Of a stretch of 64,000 nucleotides of DNA, positions 1 to 12,659 are shown one piece after another. Positions within the stretch are counted from its first letter, which is position 1. Every line of letters starts with the position of its first letter. The notes beneath the pieces were generated by a model. The model searched no databases and had not been told where the DNA came from. It saw only the letters and a program-made list of their open reading frames with translations. The stretch is from Azolla caroliniana (lineage: Eukaryota; Plantae; Polypodiophyta): NCBI GenBank assembly GCA_043228905.1, contig JBHGNT010000001.1:8246001-8310000 (forward strand), read 5' to 3'. The translations under genes and the position numbers were made by a program.

Positions 1-545
1 TTCTTTGTACGTTCGGCCGTCTTGTGACGAGGGAGCGTTTCGGGCGTGCCCATGCACCTCTCCTCCTCATAAAGGCTTACGAGCATTTGTGTGTGTGTTT
101 GTGTCTTCCTTGTACATTCGTCCGTCTTGTGACGAGGGAGCGTTTCGGGCGTGCCCATGCACCTCTCCTCATCATAAAGGCGTACAAGCATTCGTGCGTG
201 TGTTTTGTTTCTTCATTGTACATTTGGCCGTCTTGTGACGAGGGAGCGTTCGGGCTTGCCCATCCACCTCTCCTCCTCATAAAGGTGTGCGAGCATTCGT
301 CCATGTGTTTTGTCCCTTTCCTTGTACGTTCGGCATCTTCTGACGAGGGAGCGTTCAGGCGTGCCCATGCACCTCTCCTCCTCATAAAGATGTACGGGTG
401 TTCGTGTTTGTATTCTCGTCCCTTTCCTTGTACATTTGGTGTCTTGTGACGAGGGAGGGTTCGGGCGTGCCCATGCACCTCTCCTCCTCATAAAGACATA
501 TGGGCATTCGTGTTTGTGTTCTCGTCCCTTTGTGCGTTCATTTTG
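1..545. repeat. Tandem array of about five 105-106 bp units, truncated at the window start
   Basis: The landmark CTT(G/C)TGACGAGGGAG..GGGC(G/T)TGCCCAT(G/C)CACCTCTCCTC recurs at 21, 126, 232, 337 and 443 (periods 105/106/105/106). Units are contiguous, with no unique spacers. Confidence 0.95.
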
Positions 546-756
546 CGTGCTCATCTTTCCTTATATCAATTTGATCAATTGGCTCGTGTGGTGATCAACG
601 AAAGCCATCGGCCCCACAAAAAGAGCAACGAGCCCTTGCCCGGGAAGTAGTCTTGTCGTAAAGCAAACCTCGGGTCTTCTCTATCCCTGCGTACTCCCTA
701 GTCCAAGACCCTTGTGGTTCCGCTCAAGTAACACACATGCGCGAAACTTCGCGACA
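1..756 (+). mobile_element. End of an LTR-like repeat containing the tandem array, related to the insertion at 34797-35624
   Basis: Ends ...GCGACA at 756. The subterminal CCTAGTCCAAGACCCTTGTGGTTCC (about 697-721) matches the reverse complement of 34838-34862 at 23/25 nt, at a similar distance from a CGACA terminus. No PBS follows, so it is a 3' or solo LTR. Confidence 0.6.
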
Positions 757-759
757 ACG

Positions 760-1640
760 TACCTCACAAACATGATATCCAACCAAGTTCAAATTGAAAT
801 ATGATCCCATGCTCATCTTGAAGGAACTAGTTCATACATCCAGTCAGAACTTTTGATGATAATTGTTCCCAATCATTTTTCTTAGAGGCACGTGTGACGA
901 AACGTTGTGACGTAGACTACGATGCATCAATAGACATATTGAAGTCACCCATTAGCAATCGTAAATATCCCATGTATGAACTTTGATGGAGAACCATAAG
1001 ACAATATTTTGAGTAACATTGTTAGGGGGATCTATCCATAAAACCTCGTTTGGAAAACGAATTTCTATTACGAAAACTAACCATAAAGTTCATTGCACAC
1101 AAAAAATGGATAGTATTTGGCATACATAATCATTACCACATCTAAATAATGGTGAGAAAGTTTTCCTACGTAAAATGAAGAGTATCCAAGCAAATTGGAT
1201 TGTAGATGCTACCATGACAATCCATTCGTTTCGGAATTTACTTCCTAATCGACAGAGTATTTTATTTATATTTTGAGTTTGCATGTGCCATTATTGCCTT
1301 GTTTGGGGCTAATCACAAAATCAACCAAATTAGAAGTTGGTTCATAAAAAGAAAAAGGGACAAAATCCCTTTATGTTCAACAACACATACTATATCCATT
1401 CTCTAATTGAGTAGGTTTTTCATGATATATACTTCTTATGGGAGATCCATGTCACCACTTTCATCATGCCATTAACCTTATTTAAGTGATTTCTTTTTAG
1501 AAGTAATTGGCATAATGGTGCGTCATGTACTCGCGATAACCGTACTGGATCACCAGCTTCTTGTGGCGTGTCGATCGGCGGACCTTCTCATTCGCTGCAT
1601 AAAATTACTCAATGCACTTTCCAAGTCTTCATGAGGATTC
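760..1640 (-). mobile_element. Highly degenerate L1-type LINE endonuclease remnant
   Basis: The minus strand near 960-925 reads RLLMGDFNMSID, the APE-endonuclease GDFN motif. Near 1640-1540 it reads MKTWKV...HKKLVIQ, resembling an ORF2 start. Many stops and frameshifts. Confidence 0.45.
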
Positions 1641-3658
1641 GCATGTAGCACCCCCCGAGACACTTTTATGAAGATCTTTTCCATTGGGTAGATGAGCAAA
1701 CCAACGTAAAGAAACAAATTGCAATTGAAGGGAAAATAATCTAGATTTATATCATCTTTGCAAATAATATTTCTTAGGACCCTCCAATCAATCTTAAAGC
1801 ACCTTGTGTGAAACCATGAGGATTAGTACCTAATACCTCACTTTGCTTATTAAGTCCTTTCCTATCATTCTTCCTCAACAAAGCTATTGTCCTTTGACAT
1901 GAAAGTTACTTGTTTAACCTTATTATTACTTTCCTAACTTTGAGGTTGATTATCCTTGCAATACATTCAATTTGATTATCTTTCATCCATAGCCATATCA
2001 ACATTTCTCTTATTTCCTTCCTACCCTCTCTGATTGGAATCTCCATTGTTGGTAATACATAATGTTGTCATTTAGCCATAAAGTGGCCCCATTGACCAGT
2101 AAACGTCTCTCACTTCAATTTAAATCAATCACTTCATTATGAATGTATTCATATTGTGGTGTGCATGTGTTCCTTTGTGCCACCCTTTTAGCTCACCCTT
2201 TTTAGGATGCACGTACCCAAGTTGACCCACCCTTTTTAGGATGCGTGTGCCCAAAATGACCCACCCTTTTAGCACACCCTTTTTAGCCAAGCCAACCCAA
2301 ATGGGTTCCGTTGTATCAACTATAAATTGATTAAGAAGTAAGAAGCTAAGGAGACTGGTTTTGATCTCTTATGTGCATTTCACAATATGCAACCATCTTA
2401 GTCTTTTACGAATTAAGTCCCATAACATGCAAAATTACATTAATTTGAGGAATAAGCATGAGGCAAATCCAAAATTTTGCACATTTGAACCATAAGATCT
2501 AGTAAAAGAGGCCACAAAATTAGGGTTTGCAATATGTTGTACCCGATTTGGGAATTTTTGTCTTAATAAAGATTGATACTCAACCATAAATGACCATTGC
2601 AACACACGTGTCAATCCTTTCTTACAATCCTTTACAATAAGAAATAGGAACCTTTATTTATAACACATTTCAATGTTATGAAGAACAAAATACAATAACC
2701 TAAAAGGCTCATTGGCCCACATATACTTGCTCGACCAAATTAGGTAAACCACTCTCCTATTCAATTATAACCGTGAAGTTGAACATGAATTTGGAAATGG
2801 AGGGGTGGAGACTAGAGACTAGAGAATAGAGTGGAGCATGGAAAAATCTCATTAGATCAGACCACATTTAGCTCTGTCTCATCACAACTTTGCATCATTA
2901 TTAACAAGGGTGGAGTTTACAAGTAGAAAAATGGAAAATAACTAGGAGGAAGGTTCTCAAGATTCGGTTGCCAAAGTTGTCACTTGAGTACTCAAACCAA
3001 TGTCTGAGATGTACAAACATTGTTGAATACATGAACAAACCATGGTTTCCTCTATGATAGTTCATTGGTTGTTTGTCCCCTAGTGCTCACCATTCTTCTC
3101 TCTTTCCTTAAAGTTTGGTTTTTGTGAATGTGTAGGAGGATCGTCTCCTTGATCATGAGAATCATCCACAATCGATGTCACTGAATCTAACATCAAAAGG
3201 TTCATATGCATAATCAAGATGGACTGTCGGTCTATATTTTGTTTCTTCGAAGAGCCCTAGATCAGGATGGCGTGATGGTTTACGTGTGACGGAGCTAAGG
3301 GTGTTGTAGCAAACGCTGCAAAAAAGATCAGAAAGCCTATCATGAAGCAAGTCAATGCACGAGACACTTCGATTCTACAAAATGACGAAAGCTTGTACGT
3401 GCATAGATTGAGGGGTTGCTCGCGCACATGATGAGCTTCGTGTGAGCCCGGGCCCCCGTCTGTTTTGTTTTGTTATTAAGTGAGGAATCGGATACAGTGA
3501 GTGTGGGTGACAAGTTATCGAAATACTCGGGCATGAAATGGAATAGAACGAGGAGGCGAGACAGAGGAAAATCCACATGCGATCCTGATCCCGACCCGAC
3601 CCAATTGGCTTTCAAGTTCCAGTTCCAAGATGAAGGGGTATGAAGTGAAGGTATGAAA

Positions 3659-3706
3659 GGGCCCAATAACACCCCCAAATGAACCACCCGCCCATTCAAA
3701 CCCTAA
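3659..3706 (+). promoter_or_regulatory. Site II (GCCCA) motifs plus telo-box upstream of RPS30
   Basis: GGGCCCA at 3659-3665, CGCCCA at 3689-3694 and AAACCCTAA at 3698-3706, followed by a pyrimidine-rich leader. This is the known promoter layout of plant ribosomal-protein genes. Confidence 0.75.
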
Positions 3707-3824
3707 TCCTCTGTTTCTCCTTCCACTTCTACTGCAGTCTGCTACTGCTACTACCTCTATTCCTTCCTCTCAAGCTTCTCCTCCCCTGTTCGGCAGGCAG
3801 CACAAGTCACTCTCGGTCTACGCC

Positions 3825-5056
3825 ATGGGTAAGCCTCCTGTCGTTTTCTCTCTGAGCTTCCTCTGCTCACCGCTTCCCTTCGTTTCTCTGTTTTAAAGAG
3901 CCCTCTCGCCGCCCTCTTCTCCTCTGATGCAGACGGAAATTTTCTATACTTATTACCAGAAGGTAGGATTTTGACCGTGTTTCCGATGTCTTTGAGACTC
4001 TCTCTGTCTCGGATTTTTGACCAAGGTTGTTCTCTAGTCCTAATGAATGGAATGTCCGAATGGAAAAGAAAAGTGTTCTGTCGATCTTCTCGATGCATCA
4101 TATCTGAAGTACAATTCATGTTGTATAGAAGAAAAAACTGTCTTTGTTACTTGTTCCTTTTAATATTAAAGGAGAGGTTGGCAGAAGAGAGGTTGTCTGC
4201 CAGATCCATACCTCTTCTTGGTCGCATCATTGAAGAGAAAGTCTATCTTTTAGAGTTTCTTCCTCATTCTCATATCGAGGGGAATCGCTATATTTTTGTT
4301 TTGTCTGCCAGATAAGTTACCGATTCAGGAGCTCTTCTGTTTCTGGTCGAACTCGCTGTTTGATCAATGCTCAGTTGTGATTAAATTGGAAGTTGAAAAT
4401 TCTCAGCTAAGTTTGTGCCATTTTTAAATTGAAGTAAGATACCCGCATGTTAGCTCCCAAATCGTGTTTCTTAAGAGAGCCGATTTTCTATCTTTTCCAG
4501 GATTAAGCTCCAATTGTGGTTTTCTAATGGTTTGATATGAAAGGAGATAACATTTCTCGCTTCTGTAACTCGTATCTGTTTCTAATTGATTATTATTGAT
4601 GTGTGAAGAACGAGAATGAGATTATATCTGGAATAACACAAAGAGATAGCGAATATATATACACATGAGAAAGAGTGTGATTAATCTGCTCTTTTCTTTG
4701 TGATTTTTTTCAGGTAAGGTTCACGGCTCATTGGCACGTGCAGGCAAAGTGAGGGGACAGACCCCTAAAGTGGCAAAGCAGGAGAAGAAGAAGAGGCCAA
4801 AGGGCCGTGCATACAAGAGAATTCAATATAACCGTCGATTTGTAACAGCAGGTAAGACATCATAAGTGGAGTTATTTTTACTATCATCGTGTTTATGTCA
4901 TGCACTCAGCACACAGATCATGTATCTTTCACTTTGAAGTCAGATTTTGTTTGTTGTTTTGCTTTTATTAACTTCTTAATCATCTTAACCCAATTTTTTC
5001 TTGTGGTAGTGGTTGGTTTTGGGAAGAAAAGAGGTCCAAATTCATCTGAAAAGTAG
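3825..5056 (+). CDS. RPS30: 40S ribosomal protein S30 (eS30), 3 coding exons: 3825-3828, 4714-4851, 5010-5056
   Basis: Spliced translation [62 protein letters not shown] (62 aa) with GT-AG introns. Missed by the ORF track. Confidence 0.98.
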
Positions 5057-7683
5057 ATCTTAATCGAACCTTACGTAAGCTTACAATATTTCAGTCTGTT
5101 TTTGTCATTGTAAGATGGTTATTGTTGTGCTTACTTTGTCTTCTTCTGACTTTCTCTTTAGCAGATGAATCAGCACCAGGGCATTGCATTGCAACATGCT
5201 ATTCTCTGAAGGATTCTGGTGTTGTTTTTTAGGAGTCTTATTTGTGTTTCTTGTTTTGATGAGATGATTAATAGCCATAGATTCAAGCAATTGCTCTTAT
5301 TTTTACATTGAGCAAACATGTACGAGATATTAATGTGAAAGGAAAGTTTTTATCTTCTTTAATGTTTTTTTGACTCGTGCATATTTTTTGTTCTATGAGT
5401 TAAGTCATTTAGCTGGTCTATAATGTAGGTTCATATCCCCACTTGAATGACTAAGCTTTTATTGATGCCCAAACTTGCTATTAACTGTAATGTGGTCTTA
5501 GATTGTGCTTGAATTAAGTTAACTTCCATTGGGATATCGTTTGCTTTTGTGATTATATAGATAACAATCTATAGCTAAGGTTGATAAGAAAAAGTCTGTC
5601 TGTAAGACAGTATCTAATCAAACTTCTGCTGTCTAAAGGCATTCGGTTGCTTACTCAGTGTTTATGGAACAAAGTGCAGGCATATAGTATATTAGACGTC
5701 TACATATCAAATACAATTGTTATAGACTTTATTTGTCTTGCTGCTCACAAATATAAAGTGATTCATGCATATTCCAATTCAACATTACAGACCCACCATG
5801 GTTCTGTGCACATTCAGTGTAGGCAATACTCTTTTGCGTGCTCTCAAATCTGTTCAACTGAAATTGTGAAGCAATTTCAAAGACACGTCTATAGGTGCTG
5901 AAGCTCAGCTTGCAAGCACAAAGTTACTAGCCATCCAGCAAAATCAACCCTGCTATGTAAACTAAACCTAATGTAATTCCTCCAGCTGCACATACCTGCA
6001 AAAATCCTAATGATCAACTAGATCTAGGAAATTGGCATTGCGTCTACCTTATAATCCACTTGAGCTATTCACTCCTCTACTTTGGCTTATGAGTGAGTAT
6101 GAGGTGAGACATCAGATGAAGGTACATATGTTACATACAGTGCAGGTAGTGAGAAATTATTCTAGTGATGTAGGCACTGAGGAGTATCAACCACAATGCC
6201 TACAAGGGTGAGCTTCTTGAACAACGTTTCTAAGTAATCAGAATCAGTAATCAGAAGCAACAATAAGGCCAATAAGGGCGACCTGTTGAACAATATTTCA
6301 AAGTAATTGGAATAAGGTATGATAAGCATAAAATAAAACCTGGCATCCGCTTAAGAGGCTGGCTCACTCTTCTTTATCTTTAGAGAAGGTGACAGCATAG
6401 GATGGGTCATGACTAAATTCTCGCAGTGTATATGCACTTGAAAGTAGGTAGCTATATCAACTACTAGAAGCTCACCACATTGTTACATGTAAGGCTACCG
6501 CTATGACTAAGAAATAGATAGATCACATGCACCATTTGAATGGAGCAAACATGACAATAATATATAACTAACAAATGGCAAACAAAAAACACACATGACG
6601 AAACATAATTAACATATATAACTAGACATAAAACTTTCACGCACAAGTTTTTACAGAGAGAATGACATACTAACTTTCCATCTGATGAAATGAACCATAC
6701 GAACATATACCCAGATACAGAACATTTACACAGTGCCAAAGCACAATGACAAATAACGATCCCATTGGATAAAATTAGGCTGATGGTAGATTCAATTTCC
6801 TAAACAAACAGAACTAAATGTTTAAAACTTTGTAGCAATAACCACGATAACTAGTCGCGGAATAGCTATAGTTAAAATCGTGGTGCAAAATTTTATCCAA
6901 CAGAACACGAAAGTCTAATGCTTTGAGGGCCATAAGCTTATACATGGTTCTATACTATATATAGTTACACCAACCACAGCTTATAACATGTTTTGCCACA
7001 TCTAGAGATAAGTTGCTAATGAAATAAAACTGGCCTATACTACAAAAGCAAACAAGGAGAAAAGCAAAATATTGAACTGTAAATTGCATCCGAGCAGTAA
7101 AATACAATTGTTTGATATGAACAATAAAATAGAAACTTTGAACGCTTTCTCACTAATCGCATGACTATATTAAAGTAAAGAGTGCTAAATGTTAAAATCC
7201 AGGTTATAAATTTTTACGCAACAGAACAAAATAAGGCCCTCTGATGCTTTCAAGGCCACAACTTATGCAGCATTACATACTACATAGCTATACAAACTCG
7301 TGATATTTTGCCACATCCAGGCATCAGAAACTGCTAAATGTTAAAAACCTAACTAAACCTGAAAAGAAAACAGGAAGAAAAGGAAAAAGGAAGATGCAAC
7401 TCTTCAATGCCCTTTATCACAGCTATAACTCTTGGATGCATTACAAAATGCATTACAAAATCACAACTAGTCACCATATGCTGGTATAAGTAGTGTAGAA
7501 AATTGCTACGAACCGTGAAGAAAAAAGAATCAGTTATAAGAGAATTCCCTTTCTGTCACGATTAACACCCATCTCAACAAGATGCTTAAGGACTACTCTT
7601 TAGGCCAATAAGCAAAATATCTGAGATGCTCTCAAATAGGAAAACAAAGGTGAGATATATACCTCTAACACAATGCTAATAAT

Positions 7684-10600
7684 TTAGGCGAAGCTAAAAC
7701 CTCCAGTTGGGACATTCTGATTACCAAAGTTAAATGTGGGTTGGCTAGATTCAATTGTTGGAGTTTGGTCTTCTTCTTCAGCCCAATATGTCTCCAAGAG
7801 TTTAACCGCCTTTTCATAAACATCATTATTATCATGCATTTGCAAACTCTCAATCTTTTCAAGGCCTTCTGCCTCATCAATGTATTGGGCATATAGATTA
7901 ACACCACCTGTATTTCCAAGATCCTTCTCTGCTTCACCAACCTTCAGTATATTCTCCAGGCCCTCCAGGCAAACTGTGATGATGCGTGCATCCGAGGAAG
8001 TTAGAAGATCACAAAGTGGTTTGATACAACCTTGGTTTACAAGGTACCTATAAACAGTAAGGTTTGATTTGTCAGAAGTACTGTTGACAAACACCATTAA
8101 AACACATACAAATCATGAGAAGAGCATTTTTACTTTATCTGATCATGCGTTCCACCAGAAGTAGTGTTTGAGATTGCCCAAGCAGCCTCCTTCTTGATTT
8201 CAAATTCTGCATTTGTTAACAATGCTACCAGAGGCGGGATAATATTTGCATCTATCACAGCCTACATCATCCACAGTATGCTATTTTTACATTATCGACA
8301 TAATGTATTAATCACAAGAATCAGACACTAGGCCAGAACTAAGTAGAGATTACCTGGATTTGCTCCTTGTTTCCGGCTGTTATATTAGATATAGTCCAAC
8401 AAGCTTCCTTTTTTATACTCTTCTTATGAGTTTGAGAGAGCAAGTTCAGTAGGCAAGGCAGAACTTGATTATTGATCATATACTGTAGACAAACAAGGGG
8501 GTATCGTGTCAGTGATCAACAATTTCTATGAGAGTTTCAGAAAAAGAGAACACAAAAGAAATAAACATGACTCACAACATTATGCCAATTGAGTACACAA
8601 ACCTCATAACAGCACAGACAAAAAGAAAAAATGTTCAAGAACAAATTACCTGTGTTTGTGCATCATCTCCTGTAACAATATTACCAACCGTCCTTAATGC
8701 AGGTACAAGAACAGATGGTGAACTGTGTCTGAAACAACCCACGTTGGTGGAGGTATTGGAAATGCAACTGAGCTCTAAACAAAAAAAAATTGTACAAGGT
8801 CAAGAGCTTACAGAAGCAATTCCACAAGTCTGCGACAAACACCCGCATCTATAACTGCCTGGATCTTCTCATTCGGTCCATCAGAGAGGTATGAGAGTGC
8901 CCAGCAAGCATCTATGAGCACATCCTCATCGGAAGAATGAATGAGTTGTGCCAAAGCAGGAAGCGCAACTTTAGTCTGTTGAAAAAAAACACGATAATGC
9001 CACTTAATGCCTGATTCATAAGAAAGAAGTAACGTTTACTTCAAATTAAAACTATACAAAAAACGGTAAGATGTTTACATAGTACATCTAAAACGACATC
9101 AGTAGGCAAAAAAGGAAGATACTAACATCTAAAGCAAAATATTATTGCTTCAAGTTAGACATCACTAACGTCTATACGACAATACCTGCTCGAAATTGGG
9201 TGGAGGCTTTCCACGGCAAAAGTTAGAAAGTGTCCAAGTTGCATTCCTTAACATAGATAGTTTCGCATTCTCATTAAGTTGAGCAAGTAAGGGAATCATT
9301 GCATTGTGACTCAGAACCAAATCTCTGCATTTTGGGGAATCACCAGCAATATTACCCAAGGCCCACACAGCCTGCATTACATGTTATCATTTATATATTG
9401 TCACTTGTATAATAAACTAGATGGCATAGACTAAACATAATTAGACAGCCAACCTGTTCTCTAACATCATCTCCAGGAGAATTAAGTAGTTGAACGAAGA
9501 TGGGAACTGCTTCATGGTCTATAACAACCTTAGTATGCTCAGAAGTTCCTGATGCTATATTAGTTAATGCCCACGCAGCCTCAAACTGTCACCAAGACAT
9601 GAAGATACACAATATTATTCACTAGTAATCAAACTAATTGCTAGTATTCACCCATATTTATTTATTCACAATATGACTTCATGTTGACATTCATCGAATC
9701 ATTTATTTATACTGCCAAAGTTCATATAAATAATAGCACCTGCAACTGTGGGAAATCATTACGAAGAAGAAACTGAACAAATCGGGGAACAACCCCTGCA
9801 TCAATAACTTCTTGTATTGGAGGATTTCGTTCTGCATCACAAAAAAGACACAGAAAAACCTTGAAAAACATTGACAGTGTAAGAATCCAAGAGAGCAAAC
9901 GTGTAAAATTGCTTGCCTATAGACAATAGTTTACGGAATTGATGTGTCGCTTCGACCTGTATATTCAAATCATCTGACCAAATACCAGATACCATGGCCG
10001 GCAAACTTTCGAGCTGCACGATCAGTTCAAAGGAGAGAATCAGTCAAACAGATATGGAATTAAAAATCCACCGTTGTGCCTCACAAACTTTCGTCATTGA
10101 ACCACGTCGATGAAGTAAAGAAAATCATTAATCTTCCAACCAAGCATTCTCCAAAGGTGTCAACTTCATAAAATGAGAAGAGAAGGGTTGCACAGAAAGA
10201 TTTGTCCAAGTTTGAATCAAAATGCATTGAAAGACAAGGAAGACAAACAGATCATTTTAGGCCAAAAGCGTCATTCTACAATTCACTTTGGTTTAAACTG
10301 CAATCAAGGACAAGGTATCCGTGACGTCTGACACGTTAGCAAAGCTAATATCAAAAACATCATATAGATTCGATTCGGAACCAACGGAAACAGACTGGAG
10401 TTTATGAACACAAACAATGCTACTTCACAAAAGAGAAACCAACTGAATACTGAGTAAAAGAGGTCAAAATACACAAGATGTGACAAAAAAAAATAGTTTA
10501 ATCTTTACAAGCGCAAATGCACTCGGTGAATTAGCAGACACAAACACTGAGACATTAAATGGAAACGCCGCAATTATCCACGGCCGTTTCTATACACAGA

Positions 10601-10975
10601 CAATATCAATAAACCAGCAACCTCTTAAGATCAAATGATCCGAGTAAAATTACTAATCGGGATCGCGAAGGAAAAACTTAAAAGGGAAAATATCGATCTT
10701 GAACTAAAAGAAATAGGACACTGCATCATTATCTAAGCTCAGGTGAGAAGAGAGACATCTTCTACACGCACCTTCTTCTCCGTGGGAACGACGCCAGCGA
10801 TAGGTTGCTGACCAGGAGCCCCTTCTTTGCGCTTCTTCAGCAAGCTTTCCTCGCGCTTGCTCTTCCTTATCTCCACGAGGTTGTCCTCCCTCTTGCGCCG
10901 CGCCTCATCTGCGTCTACGGATGCCTTGTACGACTTCTTGCGGACCTCAGCGCGAGCGGTAGGTCGGAGAGACAT
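7684..10975 (-). CDS. IMPA: Importin subunit alpha, 10 coding exons (first 10975-10772, last about 8048-7684)
   Basis: IBB domain [17 protein letters not shown]...[27 protein letters not shown]-repeat exons [84 protein letters not shown]-terminus ...GGFSFA*. Confidence 0.98.
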
Positions 10976-11187
10976 GATGATGATGACGAAGAAGCAGAAG
11001 AAGCAGAAGAAAGTGCAGAGAAGCAGAAGAAGGAGCAGAAGAAAGTGCAGAGAAGCAGAAGAAGGTGCAGAGAAGAAGAAGAAGAAGCAGAAGAACGGGG
11101 AAGCGGAAGGAGAAGAGGGGGAAGGAGAAGAAGAAAAGAGACTTTTTGAAACCCTAAAACACAGACGGCGGTGCCGCGCAAACTGCA

Positions 11188-11205
11188 CAGAGAGAGAGAG
11201 AGAGA

Positions 11206-11236
<31 letters not shown>

Positions 11237-11475
11237 TGGGTGTGGGTGTGGGTGTCCATATGTGGGTTTGTGGGTGTCCATATGTGTGGATGTGTGAGTG
11301 TCCATGGTGCACCCACCATATGTTTGGGTGTGTGGGTGTCCATATGTGTGGATGTGCGAGTGTCCATGGTGCACCCACCATATGTTTGGGTGTGTGTGGG
11401 TGTCCATATGTGTGGATGTGTGATTGTTCATGGTGCACCCACCATATGTGTGGGTGTGTGTGGGTGTCCATGTGG
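11188..11475. repeat. (AG)n/(TG)n microsatellite grading into an approximately 62-bp minisatellite, upstream of importin alpha
   Basis: GTCCATATGTGTGGATGTG...CATGGTGCACCCACCATATGTTTGGGTGTG occurs about three times after the (AG)n(TG)n(TGGGTG)n tracts. Confidence 0.9.
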
Positions 11476-12659
11476 ATCCAAGGCCACCGGCCACCATGTC
11501 TCGTCAATTAGCATGTGTTTATATCTGTGGGCGTGCGTGTGTCATCGGACAATGAAAACCTTTGCATCCTCTCCATCCATTAGCATGTATGTGTGGGTGT
11601 GGGTGTCATCCTAATTTCTCTCCATATGTACCTAAGGTTAGTGGGCTCAAAGTAGTCCACCCGGCCAACCTTTTCTTAGCATTTCGTGTTTTTAGTAATA
11701 TCTCATCAACTAACCATTCAAAATCAAAATGGGTCGCAACGTCCACATAAACACACGTGCTCAAAACTTGTAAATGTATGAGCATATAGACCCACGTTAT
11801 AAGCGTGTCCTATTCTTGAGTTCCTATGACTTATGGGTTAGTAACTTGGCATATGTAACTAGTTTGCAACCCACATTGATGAATACCGATTGGCGAGTAA
11901 GTAGATCTATGATGGACATCAACTCATAAGAAGGATGGAAGTTAATAGCATGTAGGGCCTTCATAAGTGTATGTGTTATGTGCACTTTCACGAGAGTGAT
12001 CCAAATTTTCGCAATGTGATGTGACGTAAAGTAGTATCACATTTTTATGTTTCGTCTTGTGTAAAATGCCAAGTTATTTCTCGATACAATGGTGTTCTAA
12101 CTATGATCGTGAAGACTTGGAGTTCAAAGCCATTGTGCTTCATTGCCAGTGACAAATGGGAGTTGAACATCCTTTTCCCATACACATCATGGTTCTTCCT
12201 TGCACACTTCATTTCTTGCAAGGTGCTCTAATTCCATTGCAAACACAGTCGTTGTTATGAGCATAGCCTACAAGACCAATCATAAGGCAATTATAATGAG
12301 ATAACGCAAGATATATGGGAAACTAGTTATCCTTAACTCACTACAAACCCTCAAGTATACGTGACACATGGAACATGTGTCAATATGAGATCCTAATGAG
12401 CTTAGATATACAAAGTTAACTTGCTATCCCTATCATCGGGACATTCATTTTGACTCCAGGGTATAATATGATGACCATATTTTGTGGCATGGGATGTTTC
12501 TTGGGGTGTTATATTTGTCTCTCGTCTTTTGCCAATGGATGGTTGATGTAGTTAAACACCTCGAACTAATATTTTCACTATTTGCTCATCAGTAGCATTT
12601 TTGGTAACATTTAGTACCAGAGTTCCGGGATCAAACTTCTCTCGCTCTCTCTCTCTCTT

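Noticed and set aside
1-545. CRISPR-like array or repetitive protein ORFs (5-238, 24-449, 77-478, 213-554)
   Set aside because: Units are contiguous 105-106 bp copies with homologous rather than unique spacers, there are no cas genes, and the context is eukaryotic. The ORFs are by-products of the repeat.
4711-4719. CAG|GTAAG recursive-splice-like site at the RPS30 exon 2 acceptor
   Set aside because: GTAAG is forced by the conserved Gly-Lys codons, and there is no independent evidence of re-splicing.
3825-5056. RPS30 lacks an N-terminal ubiquitin-like (FUBI) fusion
   Set aside because: This is normal for plants; the fusion is an animal feature.
5581-6739. ORFs of 106 and 91 aa between RPS30 and importin alpha
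   Set aside because: Non-ATG starts, no recognisable motifs, and no consistent exon chain could be assembled.
10739-11614. Cluster of His/Thr- and Val/Cys-rich ORFs, including a 252-aa N-terminal extension of importin alpha
   Set aside because: They are translations of micro- and minisatellites. The true start is the conserved MSLRP ATG at 10975.
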